64,000 bases of DNA from an uncultured Nitrospiraceae bacterium (GCA_963730935.1 CAVSTP010000002.1:1016442-1080441); one strand, 5' to 3'; numbered from the stretch's first letter, positions 9,171 through 18,222 are shown. Notes: generated from the letters alone by a model not told the origin. Made by a program: numbers and translations.

Positions 9171-10418
9171 TTACTTCCGCACGGCGATCCCGTGCGTGTC
9201 CGCGGTCTCTTTCCCATCCTTCATGTTGGTGATCGCGGCCTGCCCCTTGTAGTGTCCGACCTTGCCTCCCGCATCCACGTGGATGACACCGACACCGGGA
9301 ACGGTTCCTTTGGCGTTGTTGACACCTTTGTCATTGCCGGTCAACGGCGTCGGCCCGCGCAGCCCCACGAAGACATACTGACCGTCCGGTGCGACGTCCA
9401 TGAGATCAGGCGCCGGATCAGTATTCTTGTCGGTGACCAGATCGACGGAGCCGACGCTGAGATTGCTCAACGTGTCGATGATTTCAATGTTGTTTCCGGC
9501 GCGATCAACGCTCCAGAGGTAACGTCCGACGGCTCCCATGCCATGGGAATCGGCAAACTGACTATCCCGTTGGGACAGCAGCTTTGCCGAGACGGACTTC
9601 GGTAGGTCTCTCAGATCCAGAGCATACACGTCGTACGACAACGGCGCGATCGGCCAGCCACCTCCCGAATTGATGTACATGGTGCCGCCCGCCTCTATGC
9701 CGCCGCATCCCGCCGGATGGACCTGATTGTTGTCGAGCGTGGCGACCACCTTCATTGGCGAACTGGTCACATCGGCCACGATGAGACCTCCCCCGCGAAC
9801 CGTGATCAGTGCATAGGTGCTGGTCGATTCCGTAATCGGACAAATGGGAGAGTTGTCTGGACGTTCACCGCTTTCCATTGCTCCAAGGTTTAGGACATCT
9901 TTTTCAGCGTCAAAACTGAACTTATGCGCTCCGTAATCCGTCCAGATGCGGATGAGTTTTTTTTCTGCGGTGTTGGCCGCCAACGCCATTTTCTCGTTCG
10001 GCGTCGGCCATGCGGCATGAACGTTCTTTCCCATCAACAGGCAGGCGTCAGGTTTCTTGGTCGCCGCGTCCAGGAACAGCACATGCCCACTGAGGAAGGA
10101 GACAAGCGCATGATCCTGCTTGGCGTTGAAAAACAGCATATGAGGCCGACGGACGGGCCTTTTAGTCGCCTCCTCGCAAAATTTTCCGAGGTCTCCTGAA
10201 AAATCGATGGTCTGAGCCGGCTTTGCTGACGAGGCGTTGGCCGCGAGTTGCGCACCGTCATAGATGTACAAGTACCCGCCGCTCTCTTTTCCGGTGTCGG
10301 ATTGGTCCGTCAGCCAAACTTCATAGGCGGCGCCCAGGTGGATGTCTGCTGCCAGCAAGCTGACCAACAGGACGAGAGCCTTCAGATACCACTGCGCTGT
10401 CATGTATGAGCATGTCAT
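9171..10418 (-). CDS. Secreted YVTN/YncE-like beta-propeller protein
   Basis: SD GAGGAGG before ATG 10418; signal peptide; YEVWLTDQS, PDLMDVAPDGQYVFV, DTHGIAVR. Confidence 0.8.
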   Translation of the reverse strand: MTCSYMTAQWYLKALVLLVSLLAADIHLGAAYEVWLTDQSDTGKESGGYLYIYDGAQLAANASSAKPAQTIDFSGDLGKFCEEATKRPVRRPHMLFFNAKQDHALVSFLSGHVLFLDAATKKPDACLLMGKNVHAAWPTPNEKMALAANTAEKKLIRIWTDYGAHKFSFDAEKDVLNLGAMESGERPDNSPICPITESTSTYALITVRGGGLIVADVTSSPMKVVATLDNNQVHPAGCGGIEAGGTMYINSGGGWPIAPLSYDVYALDLRDLPKSVSAKLLSQRDSQFADSHGMGAVGRYLWSVDRAGNNIEIIDTLSNLSVGSVDLVTDKNTDPAPDLMDVAPDGQYVFVGLRGPTPLTGNDKGVNNAKGTVPGVGVIHVDAGGKVGHYKGQAAITNMKDGKETADTHGIAVRK

Positions 10419-10565
10419 CGGGACCTCCTCTCGACGGACCCAGTCAAAGGCAGCGAGCCGGGGGAAAACATCGTAGCTACCGGTGTGGGAGGAGTCAATC
10501 ATCCGAAGGCGCCCAGACGGACAGCGTCATATATCTCTCCCGCAATGTCGTTCGGCACGCGTTCG

Positions 10566-10595
10566 TTGACCCTGCGAAAATGGCTATGATACCCT
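10566..10595 (+). promoter_or_regulatory. Putative sigma-70 promoter for HEAT genes 2-5
   Basis: TTGACC-N18-TACCCT with TG extension. Confidence 0.4.
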
Positions 10596-10619
10596 CACCA
10601 ATTCCGAGGAAGAGCCCCT

Positions 10620-11702
10620 ATGGCCGATTCGGTAAGCGAGCAGATTGCGGCCTTGAACGACGAGGATTGGGCCATTCGCGAGGAGGCCGCGACAGCCTTG
10701 GGCGGCTTCCGTGACCCACGAGCGGTAGGGCCGTTGGTCTGCCTGTTGCGCGATGCTGATCGCGCGGTGCGGCAAGCGGCCATTGGCGCGTTAACGGCGA
10801 TCGGCGAGCCGTCGGTGCCTGTCCTGGGCCTGTGTCTCTCGGATCCTCAGCCTGGGGTGCAAGAGGCGGCTTCGTCCGTGCTGGCCTCGATTGCCGATGA
10901 GCGGGTGCTCCTCCCGTTGATCGACGCGCTCGGGAATCAGGATTGGATCGTCCGGATGCATGCGGCCAAGGCCTTGGGGCGAATCAAAGACGCACGCGCG
11001 ATCGAACCGTTGATTCCTTTGCTTCAAGACAAGGTGAAGGCGGTACGGGAAGAGGCCACGATCGCCTTGGCAGAGATCGGAGATGCCTCGTTGCCCTCGC
11101 TGCTCGAGGCGTTGAAGCATCCTGAATGGTTGGTGCGGTTACATGCCGTGGAGGCGCTCGGGAAGAGCCGATCTGCCGACGCGGTTGAACCGCTCTTGTG
11201 GGTGCTGTTCAACGATCACGATCAAGCGATTCGGGAAGACGTCATTCGCGCGCTCGGTCAACTCGGCGACGGCCGGGCGTTGGAATTTCTCGTGACAGTC
11301 ATGAAAGAACCTGGCCTCCGGCCGCTCGCCGTTGACGCCCTGGGCAAGATCGGTGATCGTCGTGCGGTGCAAGTGCTGATCGCGGTGCTTGAAGGCAGCG
11401 ATCGGCCGGCGGCTTCGCGGACGGTTGTCGGATGCGGCGACAGCTGGGATGAAGAAATGGAAACGAAAGGCGCTGCAGTGCGGGCATTGGGAAGTCTCGG
11501 CGATGAGTCCGCGATTCCCGTCTTGCTAAAGGCGCTGGAGCAGACGGTGACGCGGGCTGATGCGGCAGCGGCTTTGGCGAAATTCGGCTCAAAGGTCGTC
11601 GCTCCGTTATTGACCATCATGACCCAAACGTCCGATGAAAATATGCGGTTCTATGTGAAAGACGCGCTGGCGAGAGTCGGTTGGCGAGCGGGACGAATCT
11701 AG
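10620..11702 (+). CDS. HEAT-repeat protein 2
   Basis: Repeats DEDWAIREEAATALG, NQDWIVRMHAAKALG, HPEWLVRLHAVEALG. Confidence 0.93.
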   Translation: MADSVSEQIAALNDEDWAIREEAATALGGFRDPRAVGPLVCLLRDADRAVRQAAIGALTAIGEPSVPVLGLCLSDPQPGVQEAASSVLASIADERVLLPLIDALGNQDWIVRMHAAKALGRIKDARAIEPLIPLLQDKVKAVREEATIALAEIGDASLPSLLEALKHPEWLVRLHAVEALGKSRSADAVEPLLWVLFNDHDQAIREDVIRALGQLGDGRALEFLVTVMKEPGLRPLAVDALGKIGDRRAVQVLIAVLEGSDRPAASRTVVGCGDSWDEEMETKGAAVRALGSLGDESAIPVLLKALEQTVTRADAAAALAKFGSKVVAPLLTIMTQTSDENMRFYVKDALARVGWRAGRI

Positions 11703-11720
11703 TCGACTGGGCGGGGACAG

Positions 11721-12818
11721 ATGTCGAAGGAAAGCATCGAGACGCTCGTCGCGGAACTGGTCCACGAAGAGGACTGGCGCCGTATGCGGGCGACGGCTGC
11801 CTGCCTGGCCGGTGGTCCAAGGGCGGTTCAGGCGTTGGTCGAAGTCCTGCGTTCAGGAACGCCGGAACTGAAACGGGAAGCCGCTGCGATGTTAGCTCGT
11901 ATCAAAGATCCTCAGGCAGGAGTCGCGTTGGTTGGGTTGCTTGAAGATGGAGAGGAAGCCGTCCGGAAGGCCGGTGCCACAGCCCTCGAACAGATGGCCG
12001 GGGTGCTCGAGGCCGAAACGGCGTCGGCGTTGGTCGCCTTGCTGCCGAGGACACGAGAAGCGGACAGCCGCCTGTTGGTGACGCATCTCATTGGCGCGGT
12101 TCCCACTGCGGTCGCTCCTCTCTGCGAGATGATGAGACATCCGGATCCGGACGCCCAAGTGGCCGCCGCGACAATGCTCGATCATTTGCTGGATCCGCGG
12201 TCAGTCGACGCCTTTATCGATGCGATGGGGCAACCAGCAGTTCGCGACATTGCTGCGGGAACGCTCAAAAAGCTGGGGGCGATACGCGAGCGCATCGACG
12301 ACTCGTTCAACGCCTTGCGTGATGTCGAAGGGGCGAGCGAGCGGGAAGAGGCCCGCATGTCCACCGTCATCAATCTCCTCGGCATCGGGCGTCCCAGCGT
12401 TGAGATTCTTCTTGAATACCTGGAAGACGAGGATTGGCTCGTCCGGGAGGCGGCGGCCGATCTGCTCGGGAAAATCGGAGATGTACGCGCCGTCGACCCG
12501 TTGATGAAGCGGTTGGCGATGGACCAGGACACGGGCGTCAAGGAACTCGCCATCAAGGCGCTTGGGTTGATCGGGGATGCGCGTCCCACGCAGCTGTATC
12601 TCGAATCCATCCCCATTCGGCCGCTGCGCGTGTATGCGATGGAGGCTCTGGCGAAGATCAAAGATGTCGAAGTGCTCCGTCCCCACAAGGAATTGTTTGA
12701 TCGATTGCGAACGGACCGCGATGGATTGGTGGCGTACAACGCCGGACTGATCGCCGATAAACTGGAGGCGATGGACAGCGCCCATGTGATGAGTCCGGAA
12801 GGACATAGCGATGAATGA
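11721..12818 (+). CDS. HEAT-repeat protein 3
   Basis: HEEDWRRMRATACL, DEDWLVREAAADLLGKIGD. Confidence 0.92.
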   Translation: MSKESIETLVAELVHEEDWRRMRATAACLAGGPRAVQALVEVLRSGTPELKREAAAMLARIKDPQAGVALVGLLEDGEEAVRKAGATALEQMAGVLEAETASALVALLPRTREADSRLLVTHLIGAVPTAVAPLCEMMRHPDPDAQVAAATMLDHLLDPRSVDAFIDAMGQPAVRDIAAGTLKKLGAIRERIDDSFNALRDVEGASEREEARMSTVINLLGIGRPSVEILLEYLEDEDWLVREAAADLLGKIGDVRAVDPLMKRLAMDQDTGVKELAIKALGLIGDARPTQLYLESIPIRPLRVYAMEALAKIKDVEVLRPHKELFDRLRTDRDGLVAYNAGLIADKLEAMDSAHVMSPEGHSDE

Positions 12819-13578
12819 CGAAGGACAGTCGGAACGGGTCGAGCAATTGATCGGCGCATTACGCGACGACAACGAAGCGCTGCGCGATCATGCGATTGCC
12901 AGCCTCAGCCAATTGGGTGAGGAAGCGATTGAGCCACTGATCGGTTTGATGGCCGACGAAGACGTGTTGATTCGTGAAGCGGCGACCATCGCCGTTGTCC
13001 GCATGGGCCCTTCAGTCGTAGATCGTCTGATCGAGGCGATGGACGATGACGAATGGGCAATACGCGAGCAGGCTGCGTCAGGGCTGGGGAAGCTCAAAGA
13101 TCCGCGCGGTGTGAATCCACTGGTAAAGGCACTGAAGGATAAGGATGGCGCCGTTCGCACGGCCGCCGTCTGGGCCCTCGAGCGTGTCGGTGATGCGGGG
13201 GCCGTCCCTGGGTTGGTCGAGGCGTTGACCGACGGCACGGTGCGGGAGGATGTCGCCCGCGTGCTCAAGAAAATCGGCGATGCCAGAGCGGTGGACGCCT
13301 TGATTGAAGGCTTATTGGGAAACAACTGGATGGTCCGGCGGCACGCGGCCGAAGCGCTGGGGAAAATCGGCGATGCTCGCGGCATCGAACCCTTGATTGA
13401 ATCTCTTAGGGACGAGGACTGGCTCGTCCGGCGCAATGCGGCCGAGTCGCTGGCCCGGCTGGGCGCAAAACAGGCCATTGATCCTCTGCTCCCCCTCTTG
13501 GAAGATGAAAATACGATGGTCCAGGAAACCGTGGAAGGTGTGCTCGCGAGTCTCGGATGGAAACAAGCGGCTCAGTAA
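12811..13578 (+). CDS. HEAT-repeat protein 4
   Basis: DDEWAIREQAASGLG, NNWMVRRHAAEALG, DEDWLVRRNAAESL; 8-nt overlap with upstream gene. Confidence 0.93.
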   Translation: MNDEGQSERVEQLIGALRDDNEALRDHAIASLSQLGEEAIEPLIGLMADEDVLIREAATIAVVRMGPSVVDRLIEAMDDDEWAIREQAASGLGKLKDPRGVNPLVKALKDKDGAVRTAAVWALERVGDAGAVPGLVEALTDGTVREDVARVLKKIGDARAVDALIEGLLGNNWMVRRHAAEALGKIGDARGIEPLIESLRDEDWLVRRNAAESLARLGAKQAIDPLLPLLEDENTMVQETVEGVLASLGWKQAAQ

Positions 13579-13613
13579 CCATGTTCGACATGACACAGTA
13601 AAGGATAGACATT

Positions 13614-14333
13614 ATGGCTGACGAAGCACCGGTGAAACTGATTCAAATTGGACCAAAAGGGGGGCCGAAGAAAGACGGCTTCAACCTCGTCACTGAACGG
13701 GTGGTTGCGGTCAACCCCGAGGCCAAGCAGGTCGAGGTCGAGCTCTTGGCCTATGATGGCAAGACTGTCGTACTCGACGTCGATGACGCGGCGCTCGAAG
13801 AGTTGAAACAGCTCAAGGCGGGGGATGGCGCAACCATCCGCGTGGTCGAGGAGGGCGGCAAGCGTATCGCCAAGAGCTTCAGGATTCGCGCCAAAGATCC
13901 TGACGCGGCCAAGGCCGATGCCATGCTGCTTGATCTAAAGGACAGCCACTGGCTCAACAGGAAATACGCTGCTGAAGTGCTTGGAGAACTCAGAGAGCCT
14001 CGAGCCGTGCGCCCTCTGGTTGATGCCCTCGCCGACGAAGTCGGCGACGTGAGGCAGCGGGCCTACGATTCATTGATCAAGATCGGCGGCGCGGCCGTTT
14101 CCACGCTGGTGCCGCTGCTGGTTGCGGAAGAGGATGAACTACGGCAGTCGGCTACCGAGATCATTAGAAAGATCGGCAAACCGGCTGTCGAGCCGTTGGC
14201 CACAGCTCTCGCGGAAGCCGACGACCGCTTGAAGACGCGTGTGCTGAAAGTGTTGGACCGAATGGGGTATAAGCCCAAGGCCAAAGAGGCAGTGAAGGAG
14301 GAACCGCCTCGACTCACCCAGTTACCCAGCTAG
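13614..14333 (+). CDS. HEAT-repeat protein 5 with N-terminal OB-like beta domain
   Basis: RVVAVNPEAKQVEVE...LKQLKAGDGATIRV, then DSHWLNRKYAAEVLG repeats. Confidence 0.88.
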   Translation: MADEAPVKLIQIGPKGGPKKDGFNLVTERVVAVNPEAKQVEVELLAYDGKTVVLDVDDAALEELKQLKAGDGATIRVVEEGGKRIAKSFRIRAKDPDAAKADAMLLDLKDSHWLNRKYAAEVLGELREPRAVRPLVDALADEVGDVRQRAYDSLIKIGGAAVSTLVPLLVAEEDELRQSATEIIRKIGKPAVEPLATALAEADDRLKTRVLKVLDRMGYKPKAKEAVKEEPPRLTQLPS

Positions 14334-15646
14334 TTCGGCTCTTTGGATGGACGCCCGACGGAGACGTGATGAAAACCGAAGGACGTCACGCGGCTTGATT
14401 CGTAAACGTTGCGCAGGTCGACCAGGAGCGGTCGGCGCATCAACGTCTTCAGCTTGGCGAAGTCCAGGTTTCGAAATTCATTCCATTCCGTCATCAAGAC
14501 CAAGGCATCGGCATCGCGTGCCGTCTCGTAGGCGCTTGGACAGGGCGTGAGCCGGGGCAAGATCTTCGAGGCTTCTTCGATGGCGGCGGGGTCATAGGCA
14601 CGAACCGCTGCGCCCTGCTCCATCAGTTCCTGAGCAATGGATAGAGCCGGTGCTTCGCGAAGATCGTTGGTGTTGGGCTTGAACGATAGGCCGAGGATCC
14701 CCACGGTCATGCCCTGTAATCCGCCGAGCGCGTCTTTGATCTTACCTACCATGCGGCTGCGTTGTTGGGCGTTGACGGAAGCGGCAGCTCCGGGTATTTG
14801 CATGGGATAACCAGCGCGATCGCCCATTTGCACGAGCGCGGCCAGATCCTTCGGAAAACAGGACCCTCCAAAGCCTGGCCCAGCATGGAGAAATTTCGAG
14901 CCAATCCGGTGGTCCAGGCCCATGCCTTTGGCAACCATTTGAACGTCCGCTCCCACCCGTTCGCATAGAGTGGCGATCTCATTGATGAAGGAGATCTTCG
15001 TAGCGAGGAAGGCATTTGAGGCATACTTGATCATCTCCGCTGTGGCGACATCCGTGACGACAAACGGTGTTTCGATTAGATACAGAGGCCGATAGAGATC
15101 TTTCATTACGGTCACGGCACGTTCACTGTCGGAGCCGATGACGACGCGGTTGGGCCGCATGAAATCTTCGATGGCGGAACCCTCGCGAAGGAATTCTGGA
15201 TTGGAGACCACGTCGAAGGCGATCTTCTTGGACTGACCGTCGGCAATCACCTGCTGCAGCAGCGCGCCGGTGCCGACCGGCACCGTAGATTTGGTCACGA
15301 TCACCTTGTAGGAAGCCATCTTGCCGGCAATCCCGCGCCCAACTTCTTGGACGAAGGAGAGGTCCGCCGAGCCGTCTTTCCGAGGTGGCGTTCCGACGGC
15401 GATGAAGATGACCTCCCCATGGTCAACCGCCCTCGTAAGGTCCGATGTAAAGCTGAGCCGTCCATGACTGATCCCCTTAGTGACCAGCTCCGTGATTCCC
15501 GGTTCATAGAACGGAACATCCCCTTTTTCCAGACGGGCGATGCGCTTTTCGTCGTTGTCCATGCAGACGACGTTCACACCGAATTCGGCGAAGCATGCCC
15601 CGGTGACCAGTCCGACATAGCCTGTCCCAATGACGCTGATCTGCAT
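14330..15646 (-). CDS. ugd: UDP-glucose 6-dehydrogenase
   Basis: GTGYVG, SNPEFLREG, KYASNAFLA, GFGGSCFPKD. Confidence 0.95.
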   Translation of the reverse strand: MQISVIGTGYVGLVTGACFAEFGVNVVCMDNDEKRIARLEKGDVPFYEPGITELVTKGISHGRLSFTSDLTRAVDHGEVIFIAVGTPPRKDGSADLSFVQEVGRGIAGKMASYKVIVTKSTVPVGTGALLQQVIADGQSKKIAFDVVSNPEFLREGSAIEDFMRPNRVVIGSDSERAVTVMKDLYRPLYLIETPFVVTDVATAEMIKYASNAFLATKISFINEIATLCERVGADVQMVAKGMGLDHRIGSKFLHAGPGFGGSCFPKDLAALVQMGDRAGYPMQIPGAAASVNAQQRSRMVGKIKDALGGLQGMTVGILGLSFKPNTNDLREAPALSIAQELMEQGAAVRAYDPAAIEEASKILPRLTPCPSAYETARDADALVLMTEWNEFRNLDFAKLKTLMRRPLLVDLRNVYESSRVTSFGFHHVSVGRPSKEPN

Positions 15647-15764
15647 GAGTGAGAAACCTCCTGTCTTGAATGCTCGTTTTAGGTTGCAGTATACCCGTGA
15701 GCTGGGGGATGGGCAACGAAGAACCTCGATGCTTGCACGTATGTGTCACTTGCTGGGGCTCGCG

Positions 15765-15793
15765 TTGACAGCGTCGTGACCCATGGGTACTAT
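15765..15793 (+). promoter_or_regulatory. Sigma-70 promoter
   Basis: TTGACA-N17-TACTAT. Confidence 0.7.
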
Positions 15794-15864
15794 GAGCGCC
15801 CTCCTCGAGATATGACGAGACCTTCCATCCACTTTGAGCCCATGGTGATCACCGTTTCCCCCGC

Positions 15865-17424
15865 ATGACGCCTCACTCGCCGATGCACCATCCCCGCTGG
15901 TTCTTGTTTCTCACGGCGTTCATGACCGGTGCCGTGGTTATGGCGCTGGAAATTCTTGGCAGCCGGCTCTTGGCTCCGGTGTTCGGCAACTCACTGTTTG
16001 TATGGGGAGCGCTCATCGGCGTGATTCTCGCGGCGATGAGCAGCGGCTATGCGTTCGGAGGCTGGATCTCCGATCGTCGTCCCGGCGGGCAGGTGCTCGC
16101 GGGACTCCTTCTGGTTTCGGGCGGCTGGACATTTCTCATTGCGTGGATCGGACAGGCCGTTTTGTTTGAAGTCGCCGGCGCTGTCGATGACCCCCGGTGG
16201 GGACCCTGTTTGGCCGCGGCCGTCTTGCTTGGGCCACCGGCGTTCGGATTGAGCGGCGTGCTCCCAGCCATGTTGCGGCTGGCGGTCTTAGATTTGGAGT
16301 ATCTTGGCCGGCATACGGGTCGCATGATCGCGCTGTCAACCGTGGGAAGCTTAGCGGGGACGTGGGGAACGGCTTTTTTTTTCCTCTCATGGATCGGCAG
16401 TCATGCCTTGGTGGCCTGGTTGGGTGCTATCCAAGCGGCGTTGGGACTTTGGTGGCTCCTCAAAGGCGCCGGCGCTAAACCGCTCACCGTCGTCCTCTGT
16501 GCCGTGCTCATCGGAGGGCTTGCGACGGGCGCGCGGTTTCCCGTTCAGATGCTGAAGTCGCCGGTGTACCAAGAAGACAGTCCGTATCAGCAAGTGAGAA
16601 TCCGGGATGATGATCTCTTCCGCTATCTCGTGTTGGATCGAACATTTCACGCGGTGATGTGGAAAGCTGAGCCGGATACGCTGTTCCTCCCGTATAGCCA
16701 GCTGATGGTGTCTTCGCTCGCTCTCGTTCCGAACCCGAAGCGTGCCCTGATCCTTGGTCACGGCGGCGGATCCTTTGCCAAGTGGCTAGCCCGCTATTGG
16801 CCGGAACTTGAAGTGGATGTGGTGGAATTTGATCCAGTGGTCGTCAGGATGGCGGAAGAGTATTTCTCCTACCGTGTTCCTCCTCAGCATCATGTGTATG
16901 TTCGTGATGCAAGAGCCTTCTTGAACCATATGGAGGCGACGTACGATCTCATCTGGGCCGATGCATTTGCTCGTCATCTGGTGCCCTTTCACCTGACGAC
17001 CGAGGAATTTTTTTTGGAGCTGCGACGGCATCTTACGCCGGCTGGCGTGCTGGTCGTCAATCTGGCGTCATCGGGAACTGGCGGCGATCTCAGGCGAGCG
17101 CAGGCGGTTGTAGAAACGATGAAGCGATCCTTTCCGGTGATCGACACCTACGCTGTCAAAGGGCCGTGGCCGTCCAGTTCAAAAGCGGAAAATTTGCTTT
17201 TTTTCGTCGGTGAGCCGATTGAAAAGCAGGGGACGGCTGACTTCGCAGAGAAAGTTGCCGCTCTGGTCGAGCGGCAACGCCTCCCTTCGGAGGCCATCGC
17301 CTTGCTCGCAACGCGCCGGACGCAGCCTTGGCGGGCAGGCACAGTGCTGACCGATGACTACGCTCCGTATGATCTCCTGATGGGGGACGAAACGAAGGAA
17401 AGTCCTGCCGAGACAGGGAAATAG
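15865..17424 (+). CDS. Fused membrane domain / spermidine-synthase-like SAM-fold protein
   Basis: Multi-TM N-terminus (EILGSRLLAPVFG); LILGHGGG, VVEFDP, DAF, LTDDYAP. Confidence 0.9.
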   Translation: MTPHSPMHHPRWFLFLTAFMTGAVVMALEILGSRLLAPVFGNSLFVWGALIGVILAAMSSGYAFGGWISDRRPGGQVLAGLLLVSGGWTFLIAWIGQAVLFEVAGAVDDPRWGPCLAAAVLLGPPAFGLSGVLPAMLRLAVLDLEYLGRHTGRMIALSTVGSLAGTWGTAFFFLSWIGSHALVAWLGAIQAALGLWWLLKGAGAKPLTVVLCAVLIGGLATGARFPVQMLKSPVYQEDSPYQQVRIRDDDLFRYLVLDRTFHAVMWKAEPDTLFLPYSQLMVSSLALVPNPKRALILGHGGGSFAKWLARYWPELEVDVVEFDPVVVRMAEEYFSYRVPPQHHVYVRDARAFLNHMEATYDLIWADAFARHLVPFHLTTEEFFLELRRHLTPAGVLVVNLASSGTGGDLRRAQAVVETMKRSFPVIDTYAVKGPWPSSSKAENLLFFVGEPIEKQGTADFAEKVAALVERQRLPSEAIALLATRRTQPWRAGTVLTDDYAPYDLLMGDETKESPAETGK

Positions 17425-17501
17425 CAAGGCATTGAAAATATGGCAGCTTTTCTGTTGATAGTGGTGTGCTTGTCGGGGGGTGCAACCACATAGAGCCAAT
17501 C

Positions 17502-17531
17502 TTGCTTCCGTTTTCGCCCCTGTGCTATAAG
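17502..17531 (+). promoter_or_regulatory. Sigma-70 promoter with extended -10 for cupredoxin gene
   Basis: TTGCTT-N18-TATAAG with TG extension. Confidence 0.5.
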
Positions 17532-17675
17532 GTTGCCTCTCAATTGAGCATGGACGTGAGCGCACACAACGCGGATCGGAGCAGTGGTTGTTCGAGGGGT
17601 CAAGGCTACCTGATCGTGTCGGTAGTTAATTACCAACCTAATCACATCTCTTTTTCTTCTTCAAGGAGGTAGGTC

Positions 17676-18155
17676 ATGGGCAAGACGATGTTAGGGGTCT
17701 TTTTCGGCCTCATAATGGTCATTGCGGGCGCGTCTGCCGCGCTGGCGCACCAGGCCGGCGGAGTCGAGATCGGCGACTTGGCGACGGGATCAGTCGTCGG
17801 TCAACCGTTCAAAGAATTAGATGTGGATGCCGAGCTGTACACGATCGAGATCGGCAACCTCAAGTCCTGGTATCCGCCCACCACCGCCATTGATTTCAAA
17901 GTGCGGGCCGGCCGTCCTGTGGTCATCAAGGTAACCAACAGTTCTGCGACAGAGCATGGATTTTTGCTGACGGCGGAAGAAACCCAATCAGCGCCGACTG
18001 TCTTGAATGCTCAATTGGTGTTGAAACCCGGTGAGACCAAGTACGTGGGGATTCCGACCAGCGACCTGTTCTATGCCACAACTGGAAACATTTTAAAGTA
18101 TCGCTGTCATCTCCATCCTGCCCATCTGGGCGGGAAGCTCATCATGCTCAAGTAG
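17676..18155 (+). CDS. Periplasmic cupredoxin, nitrosocyanin-like
   Basis: Strong SD AAGGAGGT; signal peptide; VTNSSATEHGF, LKPGETK, YRCHLHPAHLGG. Confidence 0.82.
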   Translation: MGKTMLGVFFGLIMVIAGASAALAHQAGGVEIGDLATGSVVGQPFKELDVDAELYTIEIGNLKSWYPPTTAIDFKVRAGRPVVIKVTNSSATEHGFLLTAEETQSAPTVLNAQLVLKPGETKYVGIPTSDLFYATTGNILKYRCHLHPAHLGGKLIMLK

Positions 18156-18184
18156 TTCAGAACTCAGCAGGGGATTAAATGACC

Positions 18185-18222
18185 AACGCCCTCGTCGCGT
18201 GAAGCGGCGGGGGCGTTTTTTT
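18185..18222 (+). terminator. Intrinsic terminator
   Basis: AACGCCCTCGTCGC-loop-GCGGCGGGGGCGTT followed by a T run. Confidence 0.8.

Noticed and set aside
7514..13478. Long antisense ORFs over HEAT genes (7514-8407, 12182-12859, 12888-13478)
   Set aside because: Shadow frames of GC-rich, Ala/Leu-rich coding sequence; no motifs of their own.
17440..17493. 17-codon hydrophobic mini-ORF
   Set aside because: No convincing SD; too short to support.
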